From a virus: a stretch of 64,000 nt of DNA. The stretch's first letter is position 1; each line of letters begins with the position of its first letter. Position numbers and translations under genes: made by a program. The notes beneath the pieces were generated by a model. The model had not been told where the DNA came from and did no database searches. It saw nothing but the letters and a program-made list of their open reading frames with translations. Below are positions 11,068-20,839 of the stretch, in pieces. The stretch covers positions 1-64,000 of the IMG/VR virus record IMGVR_UViG_3300042398_001385; one strand, given 5' to 3'.

Positions 11068-12177
11068 TTATTTCTCTATTAATTGTATTTTAAGTGTGGA
11101 AATATCCACGCTTAAGATCGAAAAATCAACCGATTCTCCAACCTCGTATTCTTTAATAGAGTTTACTAATTTTTCTTTTTCGATAAGACCACTTAGACCA
11201 TTTTCCATCTTTATGAAAATACCGAAAGTTTTAATTTTAGTAACCTCTCCTTTATATATTTTCAAATCGGTATTTTCCCCCAAAACTTCAGAAGAAGTAT
11301 CCTTCATTTCTTGGATATTTTTCATCTTCTCGTTTGGTTGGGTAACTGATAAATTTATTCTTTGTGGATTTTTAATATCCATTACATAAAATTCGATGCT
11401 ATCACCAGCTTTATATTTTTCTAGATTTCCTCTGCTTGTATCGTCCATAGGTATGATTCCTGTATAGATATCATCCCATTCTACAAATACTCCATTACCT
11501 GATAGTCCTGTAACATTACCTTGATATTTATTAGAGAAGGAAAGATCTTGAACTGCACGATCTATAATTTTTCTTAAATATTTCTTAAATGATACAACAA
11601 AAATATCTCTTTTCTGATCGTAGACTTCAACCATTACGTTTAGTTCTTTACCTACATAATCTGCAAAATTCATAATTCTGTTTGCTGCAGCTAGACTTCC
11701 AGGAAGGAAACATTCAATTCCAGATAGATCAACCATGAATCCTCCGTTACAAACATTCTTAACTTTAACCTTGAAAGCGCAGTCCTCTTCTTTTATTGAT
11801 CTATGTAATTCTCTTTTAAGTGCTTTTTCATATCCAGCAGAAACAGATCCATTGAAAGATCCAGAAGAATCCTTAGTTATCACAACATCTAATACGTGAC
11901 CTGGATTCATCTCTATAGAAGGATATCCAAGCTTTCTCATATTCTTTTCTTCCTTCTTCGTGTCTATTACAATAGTTTGACCAAAAGTGGTCTCTCCTAA
12001 AGCTATTCCTTTATCAGGATCAACAGATGTTACTGTAATTTTTTCTACTGAATTGTTTTGTAAATCTTTACCCGATATTTTCGCTGAGTCGTCAGGAAAT
12101 GTATTTCCGTAAAGTGAAGCTAGTTTTTCCCTTTCTTCTGTGTCATATTCGAAAAAACTAAAATTTTTATTTTTCAT
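11068..12177 (-). CDS. rpsA: Ribosomal protein S1-like multi-S1-domain RNA-binding protein
   Basis: About four tandem S1/OB domains, e.g. NGGFMVDLSGIECFLPGSL (bS1 domain 2-like) and GEVTKIKTFGIFIKMENGLSGLI; 369 aa. Confidence 0.75.
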   Translation of the reverse strand: MKNKNFSFFEYDTEEREKLASLYGNTFPDDSAKISGKDLQNNSVEKITVTSVDPDKGIALGETTFGQTIVIDTKKEEKNMRKLGYPSIEMNPGHVLDVVITKDSSGSFNGSVSAGYEKALKRELHRSIKEEDCAFKVKVKNVCNGGFMVDLSGIECFLPGSLAAANRIMNFADYVGKELNVMVEVYDQKRDIFVVSFKKYLRKIIDRAVQDLSFSNKYQGNVTGLSGNGVFVEWDDIYTGIIPMDDTSRGNLEKYKAGDSIEFYVMDIKNPQRINLSVTQPNEKMKNIQEMKDTSSEVLGENTDLKIYKGEVTKIKTFGIFIKMENGLSGLIEKEKLVNSIKEYEVGESVDFSILSVDISTLKIQLIEK

Positions 12178-12197
12178 GTTATTTGGGTTTGTATTGG

Positions 12198-12226
12198 TTT
12201 ATACTATAAAATTGGATTAAAATTTC
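12198..12226 (-). promoter_or_regulatory. Putative GAAA-N19-TATAAA promoter for the S1/amidoligase genes
   Basis: Intergenic GAAA-ttttaatccaattttatag-TATAAA; same spacing as three other sites. Confidence 0.55.
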
Positions 12227-12233
12227 CAAGAAA

Positions 12234-15200
12234 TTAATATTTTTTCAAATTAAAAGCTTTTTTTAATTCGGATGGCAATTCGGGGATAGGATACACAGGA
12301 TCTGCAGAGCCTAAGAAAAATTTAAACAATCCTGAAACATCAGCTGCGCTTCTTAAGAATTCATCTATATAAACAACATAATAAGTGTTTCTTAAGCTCA
12401 TTCTTCTCCAAGCAGGATGATCGTCGCTCATTATTATAGGATTTAAAATGTTTAATAAGTTTCTTCCTAATAGTACAGCTAATGGCCAAGGTATTTTTGA
12501 AAGTAGTTCTGCAGAAGCAGAAACCTTAGGGAATACTAATTTATCTCCTAGTGGAGTTTTAGGTAAACTTTTATAATATTCCCAGAATAAGCTATATACT
12601 ATTCTAGCAGGAGGAGGAGCACCTAACCCTATTAGAGCCTGCTCTATCATATCAGTTGGTCTAGCAGGGGGAAATACTGGAATGTTTAAAATATTTAAGA
12701 ATGCTGGAACTTCAGGAGATTCTGGATTTACTAGATCCAATACTAAATTTTTAGACATCTTTTGAATATCCTCAGGATTAAGATTTAAAAATTTAGGTGA
12801 ATCAACATCTTTTATTTCAGGCATAGCTGCTTCCAATGAACCATTATCTAGACTTTTTATTAAAGCCTCTATTAGAAACGATTTTATTTTAGATCCTGGT
12901 ATAGTTACTTGTATAATTCCGCCAAGGCCTGGGGTTTGTGTTAGTTGATCTTGCTTAAGTGGAAAAACCGTAGGCATTTCAAAAGCAGCAACAGCATTAC
13001 CAAATCCTCCGTTAAGAGCGCTTAAACATGAAAGTGGTCCTTTAGGATACGGAAAATTAGAAATTAAAGGATCTTCCTCATCTAGTGGTCTAACTGGATC
13101 AAAAGGACCTATTCTGCTAAGTCCAAGTTTTTTAGAAACCAATTTCTTTAAATCTTTTACTCTTATAACCAATATAGGATTTTCTCCTTCATATCTAACA
13201 TATCTAGAAAAATCTTCTTTCCTATATTCTATTGTAGAAAGACCCTCCATTATTCTAAATTTAATAGCCTCTATAATAGGATTTTTCTTTCTTAAAAATT
13301 TTAATGTTCTAGGTGCAGAATTCGTTATCTTTATCTCTGGAAATTTAAAAATTCCTTCAAATTCACTACTTTCAACTATTGAAAATGCACCATCCCTTAC
13401 TTTTTTAATAACAGAGAATCTATTACCCCATAAAATTATCTTGGTTATTATTAAAGACGCACCTCTTATCAGTTTAACAAGATCATTAAATTCGTCATCT
13501 GACATAAGTCTAGGATCCTTATCTCTTCTTAGGAATATCTTACTTGAATTAGCAACTTCAAAATTTTCTAAGAAATATTTAGGAGGACAAACTATTTTCA
13601 TAAGTTTAAGTACCTCTCTCATCTCATCTTTAAAGTTTATAAAGTTGGGGCAGTCTATAGGAACTAAACTTGCTTTCATCTCCTTTAATATTCTAAGAGA
13701 TCTTATTATACCAGGTATATCAATTTTTAATTTATCCTTATCCTTAGGAAAGTATATAGATTTAGGATCTGGTATACTTTTATCTAGATAGTTTTTTATT
13801 ACAGTTTTTAATGATTCCTTCCTTTGATTTACTAAAAGATCTAGCTGTTTTTTTTCTTCCGTTAAATCCGGCTTAGGAATATCAAGCAATGCGCTCTTGT
13901 TTTTATAATCCCTCTCTTTATCTCTTATTGATTTTTTAAGTTCTCTTTCCTTTTGTTGTTGTTCTCTAATTTTCTGTATATCTCCAGGAGGAGGAACGCT
14001 ATCAAATATTTTTGATAAATTAGTCCTTATCCCTTCTAAAACCCTTTGTTTAGAATCCTGATTATCTAATCCAAATCCAGGAAGAGGTATCAATTTATCA
14101 GGTATACCAAAAGATATAGCTTGCTTAATTTTTTCAAAAGGATCTTTTATAACAGGATCAGATTTTCTAGGAATAAATCTAGGTCCTCTTAATCCTGTAA
14201 GGAAAAGAGAACTCCCTGTTAAAAACTCTTTTATATAGACAAGCGGGGTTGGCATAAACCCTCCTATAAAAGGAATGAATATAACCAGCAATCCCAAATT
14301 AAAAGGAAGGGGTATTAATATAGGAGGTACTATAGTCCATATCATAGGAAGCGGTATCCTTATATAAGGATTTCCGTCTATAGGATTAGGAAAAGGTATA
14401 GGTATAAAAGATGGCGGAAGATATCCCACGGGCCAATATTTTAATCCCAATCTTACTGAAGGACCCTGGGATAAAAAGTATTTAGTATCTTCAATTGGAG
14501 GCAGACCGTTAGGGTATGGCAAAAGACCAACTTTTGTTACATCCTTACAAAATTGTTTCCACCAACACCTTTGAAAAATGGTTGGACAATCAGAGCTAGG
14601 AGGGGATGATAATAAATAATTTTTTGTTTTAAAATCAGAACCAGGCTCGCCACAACAAATAGGGGGACAATTCTCAGGATCATCCTCGTCTGGCTCATTA
14701 TTTACTCCTGCACATTTAACATCCGAAAATCTTTTTTTAACATTCTCAGGGCTTACAGAATCGTTTATCTCACTAACCTTTTGTGAAGCAAGAAGCATAG
14801 TATCCCTTATCTGCTCGTACTTATTTTTTACATCTAAATAATTTTCATATATTCTAATACCTATTACATCAGAAGCAGGTAGTGTTTTTGCTAATCCCTC
14901 TCCAGCCTTTATTGCTTTATCTCTTATATCTTTTATAGCAGGGTCTATATACTTCGATTTGCTTTGTCTATATTTTTCATCCCATTTAGGTTTAAAATTA
15001 CTATAGAAATCTGTAAAAACTGGTGTTGGCTCTCCGTCTTGTGTGAAACTTGAGGGTCTGTTTTTTGAAGGATCCCTAGCATCATTATCTCCTCTTTCTT
15101 CTGCAGTAAAGAAAAGCCAATTAGAAGAAGATTTTTCTATGAGTTGCCCGTATAATATTCCTCTATCATCTACTATTTTATCTATTATAGATTGCTTAGA

Positions 15201-17324
15201 GTCATTTGTTTTAATTATTTTTTCTATAAAATCATAGAACTTAGCAACATCAGGAAATCCTGTCTTTATATTGTTTATCTTTATATACTGATATGATGTT
15301 AAATAGTCAGCTTTAGTACCTCCTAATATTCCTCCATTGCCAGAATACTCATTTCCTATTTTTATTTTTTCAGCATCAGGTTCATCTACCTCGGATAAAG
15401 GTTCAGCAGATGATCCAGAGAAAGTAATCTTTCCCGGTTTTTTAACTTTTTTATAAGGTAAAGGAAAGCCGTAATCAGATACGAACGATAGCTCAAATTG
15501 TAATTCACTTAGTGACTTTACGAATTTAGTTTGGTATCTTATTGAGAATTTTTTTAATGCTTCTAAAAAATCGTACCCATAGGAATCGTATGCGTAAGAA
15601 AGACCAGTAGCTAGATTTTGTGCACTGCTTTTAAATACTCTTTCGTTTATATCTAGTGATGAATTTCCTTGACCATATAAATCAGTTGTTGCTGTATTGG
15701 TTGGAATAAAAGATTTTTCAACATCTCCTATAGTAACAGGAGCTTGCTTTCTTTCTTCTAGAGTAGAAATAGAGGCATTTAATAAATCCTCAGTTTCTTT
15801 TATTTTATTTTCTAATATTCCTATAAAATTCCTTTCTATAATTATTATTCTTATATCCTCTACATTTTCCTTAAATTTTATTATCCCTTCGGAAACTGGC
15901 CAAGATGCAGTTGACTCTTCGTAAGTTATAGGAGATTTGTTGGCATTTATTTGATTATTAAAAAGAATCTCTAAATCTGGATCGCTTAATTCTGTATCAT
16001 AAACGTTCAATAAAAAAAGATCTTCAGTAAATATATTGTTGTTCTCTAAGAAGATCTTTTTGTCGTTACTATATTTAGTATTCTGATCTATTAATTCTTT
16101 CTTATACGCTTTTATTTGATCGTTATAAGTTAATATTTCGATCCCTAAACCAAAATCGCTAGGATCGCCACCATCATTTTTAGGAACTCTAGCAATCCAA
16201 TTCTCATATAAAGATTTCTGATATTCGTATATCCCCTCATAATGATATAAAATTTCCTCTAGGCCTCTTTCTAAATTTTGCCATCTAGCTAATAATTTTA
16301 TGTCCTCCTCAAGCTTTTTACTTTTATCTAGAGCTGATGATATACAAGAATCTATTGCATTAACATCTACAGGGGATGGTACTGGATCTGGTAAAGTTTC
16401 TCTATTGAATTCGTATGTTGGTGGATCACAAAATTCGTCTAATATATCTTCGAATGAAGACTTAGTTAATATAGGATCTCCAGTTATAGGATCTTCTGGC
16501 ACTCCGGGTAAACAATCATCATCTATAATTGGATCATCACCATCAGGAAAAAAATTAGCATCAAATCCGTCTATTCTTTCAGAGCTTGAATTTTCAACTC
16601 CATCACAAGGATTAGTATTTGCATTCTGGTCTTTTAATAACCCGTTTATTTTTTCTAATGCTCCATCTATGCTTAGATCGTCTCCTCCTATCTTTACATG
16701 GACTATTTGCGTTTTATTCATTATAAATTCTAGGGGTATATCAAAACCTAGAACTTTCATTTTTCTTTTCTTTCTTGAACCGGAGTTAGAAGGTTTTCCT
16801 AAGATTAGAGGATCTATATTATCAAATATTTTTTCATTTATTTTTTCTAATAAATCCTGGTTTTTTCCTTTCAGATATTTAGTTATTCCTGATGAAGGTA
16901 TTTTTTTAGAAAAACCGAGATCCCTATTTCCTACACTTACTCCTAGATCCTTTTCTGTTACAGATATATTTTTCTTATACTCATCAGAATTTACAAGCTC
17001 ATCGTATAATTTTTTATCCTCTTTTTTTATAGATTCTAAAATGATTCTACTATATAAATCGTCTCCCTCATATTTACAAGATAGGTCCTCTATTTTTTTT
17101 AATGATATAGGAGGACCTTGAGGTTTTAAGCTATCTATTATGTTATCTACTTCCTTTTGGCTTTTTTCTAATTCCTTATTAAATCCCTCTTTAGATTGTA
17201 AATCCTCATAAGGTATATTAAAATCTTGTCCACCTGATATTATATTTAATATCTCATCAGTAGACATTTGAGAAAAATCCTTCCCTAATAATTCATCTAT
17301 TCTAGATCCTATTTCCTCTGCCAT
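12234..17324 (-). CDS. Large hypothetical protein (1696 aa), probably virion/baseplate-associated
   Basis: Long ORF 1 nt downstream of the gp5-like gene; coiled-coil, Cys-rich and Pro-rich hydrophobic segments. Confidence 0.75.
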   Translation of the reverse strand: MAEEIGSRIDELLGKDFSQMSTDEILNIISGGQDFNIPYEDLQSKEGFNKELEKSQKEVDNIIDSLKPQGPPISLKKIEDLSCKYEGDDLYSRIILESIKKEDKKLYDELVNSDEYKKNISVTEKDLGVSVGNRDLGFSKKIPSSGITKYLKGKNQDLLEKINEKIFDNIDPLILGKPSNSGSRKKRKMKVLGFDIPLEFIMNKTQIVHVKIGGDDLSIDGALEKINGLLKDQNANTNPCDGVENSSSERIDGFDANFFPDGDDPIIDDDCLPGVPEDPITGDPILTKSSFEDILDEFCDPPTYEFNRETLPDPVPSPVDVNAIDSCISSALDKSKKLEEDIKLLARWQNLERGLEEILYHYEGIYEYQKSLYENWIARVPKNDGGDPSDFGLGIEILTYNDQIKAYKKELIDQNTKYSNDKKIFLENNNIFTEDLFLLNVYDTELSDPDLEILFNNQINANKSPITYEESTASWPVSEGIIKFKENVEDIRIIIIERNFIGILENKIKETEDLLNASISTLEERKQAPVTIGDVEKSFIPTNTATTDLYGQGNSSLDINERVFKSSAQNLATGLSYAYDSYGYDFLEALKKFSIRYQTKFVKSLSELQFELSFVSDYGFPLPYKKVKKPGKITFSGSSAEPLSEVDEPDAEKIKIGNEYSGNGGILGGTKADYLTSYQYIKINNIKTGFPDVAKFYDFIEKIIKTNDSKQSIIDKIVDDRGILYGQLIEKSSSNWLFFTAEERGDNDARDPSKNRPSSFTQDGEPTPVFTDFYSNFKPKWDEKYRQSKSKYIDPAIKDIRDKAIKAGEGLAKTLPASDVIGIRIYENYLDVKNKYEQIRDTMLLASQKVSEINDSVSPENVKKRFSDVKCAGVNNEPDEDDPENCPPICCGEPGSDFKTKNYLLSSPPSSDCPTIFQRCWWKQFCKDVTKVGLLPYPNGLPPIEDTKYFLSQGPSVRLGLKYWPVGYLPPSFIPIPFPNPIDGNPYIRIPLPMIWTIVPPILIPLPFNLGLLVIFIPFIGGFMPTPLVYIKEFLTGSSLFLTGLRGPRFIPRKSDPVIKDPFEKIKQAISFGIPDKLIPLPGFGLDNQDSKQRVLEGIRTNLSKIFDSVPPPGDIQKIREQQQKERELKKSIRDKERDYKNKSALLDIPKPDLTEEKKQLDLLVNQRKESLKTVIKNYLDKSIPDPKSIYFPKDKDKLKIDIPGIIRSLRILKEMKASLVPIDCPNFINFKDEMREVLKLMKIVCPPKYFLENFEVANSSKIFLRRDKDPRLMSDDEFNDLVKLIRGASLIITKIILWGNRFSVIKKVRDGAFSIVESSEFEGIFKFPEIKITNSAPRTLKFLRKKNPIIEAIKFRIMEGLSTIEYRKEDFSRYVRYEGENPILVIRVKDLKKLVSKKLGLSRIGPFDPVRPLDEEDPLISNFPYPKGPLSCLSALNGGFGNAVAAFEMPTVFPLKQDQLTQTPGLGGIIQVTIPGSKIKSFLIEALIKSLDNGSLEAAMPEIKDVDSPKFLNLNPEDIQKMSKNLVLDLVNPESPEVPAFLNILNIPVFPPARPTDMIEQALIGLGAPPPARIVYSLFWEYYKSLPKTPLGDKLVFPKVSASAELLSKIPWPLAVLLGRNLLNILNPIIMSDDHPAWRRMSLRNTYYVVYIDEFLRSAADVSGLFKFFLGSADPVYPIPELPSELKKAFNLKKY

Positions 17325-17325
17325 A

Positions 17326-18252
17326 CTAAACTCCTGTTATTCCTGTAGCTCCAGTAGGTCCTGTAGCAGATCCTGTTACACCTGCTCCTGTTACACCCGC
17401 TCCTGTCGGATTAGGTATACCTACCGGAGAATCATTATTTATTGGAACAACAGGAAAATCTGGGGAATTTTCTCTTGTTACTCTAACAGTCTGACTTGTA
17501 GCAAGCTGTTCAAAGCTAGATGCTAAAGTTGAATTAACCCCTGGGGTAGCTGGAAGTTTACTGTCTATAGATATTGCTAATTTTTTAAGGAAGTCCCAAA
17601 GAGGTTCTGCACATACAGCAGAGAACAAAGGAGAATGGCCCAAGTTGGTTGTTTTTCCGTCCATCCAAACTTCTTCAGAACTATGTTTAATTCTTGTTAT
17701 AGCAGTATTCTCTATTTCTTGATCAGCATACTTAGTTATCTTTCCACCTTTTAATTCTATAGATGATGTGTCATCAGCATGAGATATTAGTATAGAGTTA
17801 TCATTTCTTATTATAATTTTAGATTCTTTTAAATCTATTACAAGACCTTTCTCTACGGTATAATACATTTTAAGTCTCTCTATCCCATCATAAATAATAG
17901 AATGAGCTCCATCATAACTAGCACTTATCTCTTCAATTAAATCTGGAGCAAGTTCCTGTACAGCTTTGTATTCTGGACTATAATAATTACCATTATTAAA
18001 TTGAACGTGAACTACCGATCCTAATTTAGGAACAGACATTCTACCAGATCCTCCTCCTAATCCATAACTCTGTTCAAATCTTTGATGTGCCCAAGGAAGA
18101 TCCTCGTCTAGTATATCTGGATCAAAAACACCAAAGACTCTAATCTTAGCTCTACCTTTGAATTCCGGATCCTTGTTATCTACAACAACACCTAAATAAT
18201 GAGAGATCTCAATATTAGGTCTTTCTAATTTATTTCTGTCTACTAATCCCAT
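17326..18252 (-). CDS. Baseplate central spike, gp5/VgrG-like OB-fold protein (no lysozyme domain)
   Basis: YLGVVVDNKDPEFKGRAKIRVFG...LPWA...VPKLGSVVHVQF is the gp5 N-terminal OB signature; Gly-X-Thr tail. Confidence 0.8.
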   Translation of the reverse strand: MGLVDRNKLERPNIEISHYLGVVVDNKDPEFKGRAKIRVFGVFDPDILDEDLPWAHQRFEQSYGLGGGSGRMSVPKLGSVVHVQFNNGNYYSPEYKAVQELAPDLIEEISASYDGAHSIIYDGIERLKMYYTVEKGLVIDLKESKIIIRNDNSILISHADDTSSIELKGGKITKYADQEIENTAITRIKHSSEEVWMDGKTTNLGHSPLFSAVCAEPLWDFLKKLAISIDSKLPATPGVNSTLASSFEQLATSQTVRVTRENSPDFPVVPINNDSPVGIPNPTGAGVTGAGVTGSATGPTGATGITGV

Positions 18253-18274
18253 TTTTAATTATATAAGGATTACC

Positions 18275-20830
18275 TTAATTGTTTTCATTATTAGCTGAAG
18301 GATAAATTCTACCTATTCTAGAAACATTAACTGGCGAGTTTTCTGTTTTATATTCGTCGCTATTTAAAGAATTGTAATTTCTCCCAGGAGCTCCTAGATC
18401 TCTACCAGGTACAGTTTTATAAACATCCTCATTTAATCCCTCTTTAAAAGAGCCAGAATCTTTGTATTCATCATCATTTATCTGTCCGTAAACAGCTTTA
18501 TTCTTATCATATACTTCTCCTAAAGGCGCACTTTCTAGATTAATCCTGTCCCCGTACACCTTCTCGTTTATTTGTGAGTATTTATTTTTATCCTCTTCAT
18601 AAACATCACCTATATTATTGACTTCAGTAGAAGATGGTATCTCATATTGATTTTCAGTAACTTCTGGATATTGATTGTCTTCTTCCGAATAAACATCGCC
18701 TATATTCTGTGTATCTGTCTGTGGTGGAGTTGTATAAACATCATCCGATATTGTTGGGTATTCTGGATTATTTTCAGGATAAACGTCATCGTTAAGTTCA
18801 GGATAAACCCTATCAGGAACACCCAAGCTTGATCCTGGATTAGTTGTGTATTCATCTCCTCCGGGTTCTGGATATTGTCGGTCGGGTAATCCTAGTGATG
18901 TCCCAGGATTAGTAGGATATACATCTCCTTTAATTAAAGGATAAACCCTTCCAGGAACACCTAGATCGGATCCTGGTACATTCTTATATTCGTCACCCCC
19001 AGGCTTAGGATATTCCCTATCAGGAAGTCCTAAAGAAGTTCCAGGATTTGTTGGATAAACATCCTCGTCTAATCCTGGAGGGGTAGCGCTAGATCCATTA
19101 TATGCAGTACCTAAGTTTTGTATGACAGTTACACTACCTTTATATTCATTTATATCTTCTGTTATGTTTCTATAAAGTCCCTTCTCTTCCCTTTCAATAG
19201 GACCTCCTAGTCCTCTAGCTTGTGGACTATTATCAGCAAAAGGGTTTGGTATTCCGTTTTCCCTAAAATTTTGTATATTACTTACTACTGAATACGCACT
19301 CCTTAATGCAGAAGCTGGGCTAATTCCACCGAATCCATAAATATTTCCAAGTAAAGCTCCTTGTAATGAAGTAGCACTTAGATTAACACCATTTATAGTA
19401 ACACCCTGTTCTTTAAGATCTGCAACACTATTAGTTATAAAATTAGATGCAAGTTGTGTAAAATATTCCTTAGGATCCGCTTTGTCGTCAAATGTTGCCT
19501 TTTCTATACCAGCTGATCCAGCATAATCATAATCATCATAAGGACTTTTTCTTGATCCCCAGACATCCGAAAGAACCATATTCTTTACATTGTCATCCTT
19601 TTGCATTACATCAGCTAAAGCATTAAATTGAATTTTATAATCTTTAACCCTACCTACGTGAATTTTAAATTTACTGTTAACTGCCGATCCTCCTTTATTA
19701 TCTAGGGTACCATAAGACGGATAAGAATCATCAAAATCAAATTCACATTGATCAAATTGATAAATGAAAGCGTATGGTCCTAATGTATATGATCCAAATT
19801 TATCTGATGGATATAAATTAGAATCTTTCGAAGTACTTTTTTGTAAAAGTCCCTCCGTATTATTTAAAAGACCAGTTTGTGAATTGAAACTATCTAAAAA
19901 ATTAGCCCCTTGCGCTACAGACGGAATAGAGAAAGGATTTAATATATCATTAATTCCATAAGATAGCTGTATATTTCTTATCTCAGATACTACAAGCCAC
20001 ATTCTAAACTTCCTTAAATTTTCAGGTAGCATTACTCTATGGTAAGTATAATCATATATAGCTTTCCTATAAAGTTCTGAAAGAGAAAACATTCTCATGT
20101 CTATGGACTCTAAGCAATCTATTGTTAAAGTCCCCATTCTATAAGGCTTTCCTGCCTCCTTATGTAAATTTTTTATATCTATTTTAAGTAGAGTATCTAA
20201 TCCGGTTACAGATTGAAAATAATATGGACATTTCTCGTTAACAAACTTTAGGCCTTTTTTAAATGCTTTTAGCATTTGTTTTCTTTTTACTGATCTCTGT
20301 CCAAGAAATTCTTGAGCTCCCATATAACCTACTCCACCACCGTTCATATTAAAAGCTCCTTGCTCTGCCCTACTTTTTATAAAAAATTTACTACCATAAA
20401 AGAAATCTGTACCTGTATAAAAATTACCCCTATTAGCAGCATCTATCATTAATAAAGATTGCTGGTATGCAGGATCCGTTATAATATTATAAGATTTTTC
20501 CTTGTCTCCTGGTTTCTCTCCTCTTATTCTTCCAGCTATATCAGTTATTTCTTGATTGTTTGATCCCCCCGGTTCGTCCTGAGCATTTCTAAAAAGAGGA
20601 GAAGGTGCTAAAAAAGTTTCCTCATCCAAAAATGATGTTTCACCAAAGTCGAATATAAATCTAAAATGCAGATATGTTGGATCTTCTTTTTTACCGTGCT
20701 TAGTAGTTGATATACCCTTTAACCAAGTTTCTCTCTGCGCGTCTATTTTTCTTTTTAAGGCATCACCATCAGGAAGAACTTGGTTACCTAATGCTCCTCC
20801 AAAACTATCGCCACTAAAATAATCTGCCAT
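18275..20830 (-). CDS. Tail/baseplate structural protein (possibly tube-like N-terminal domain) with repetitive C-terminus
   Basis: 851 aa between hub and spike genes; C-terminal D(V/E)Y-PG-LG-P-R-Y repeats. Confidence 0.55.
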   Translation of the reverse strand: MADYFSGDSFGGALGNQVLPDGDALKRKIDAQRETWLKGISTTKHGKKEDPTYLHFRFIFDFGETSFLDEETFLAPSPLFRNAQDEPGGSNNQEITDIAGRIRGEKPGDKEKSYNIITDPAYQQSLLMIDAANRGNFYTGTDFFYGSKFFIKSRAEQGAFNMNGGGVGYMGAQEFLGQRSVKRKQMLKAFKKGLKFVNEKCPYYFQSVTGLDTLLKIDIKNLHKEAGKPYRMGTLTIDCLESIDMRMFSLSELYRKAIYDYTYHRVMLPENLRKFRMWLVVSEIRNIQLSYGINDILNPFSIPSVAQGANFLDSFNSQTGLLNNTEGLLQKSTSKDSNLYPSDKFGSYTLGPYAFIYQFDQCEFDFDDSYPSYGTLDNKGGSAVNSKFKIHVGRVKDYKIQFNALADVMQKDDNVKNMVLSDVWGSRKSPYDDYDYAGSAGIEKATFDDKADPKEYFTQLASNFITNSVADLKEQGVTINGVNLSATSLQGALLGNIYGFGGISPASALRSAYSVVSNIQNFRENGIPNPFADNSPQARGLGGPIEREEKGLYRNITEDINEYKGSVTVIQNLGTAYNGSSATPPGLDEDVYPTNPGTSLGLPDREYPKPGGDEYKNVPGSDLGVPGRVYPLIKGDVYPTNPGTSLGLPDRQYPEPGGDEYTTNPGSSLGVPDRVYPELNDDVYPENNPEYPTISDDVYTTPPQTDTQNIGDVYSEEDNQYPEVTENQYEIPSSTEVNNIGDVYEEDKNKYSQINEKVYGDRINLESAPLGEVYDKNKAVYGQINDDEYKDSGSFKEGLNEDVYKTVPGRDLGAPGRNYNSLNSDEYKTENSPVNVSRIGRIYPSANNENN
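18300..19069 (-). repeat. Coding tandem repeat, ~23-aa unit DVYPTNPGTSLGLPDRxYP decaying to D(V/E)Y units
   Basis: Visible in the translation of 18275..20830. Confidence 0.8.
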
Positions 20831-20839
20831 TTTGTTTAA

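Noticed and set aside
16300-17121. 273-aa plus-strand ORF and other short plus-strand ORFs over 330-42043
   Set aside because: Antisense shadows fully inside long minus-strand genes, with Ser/Ile/Phe-rich shadow composition
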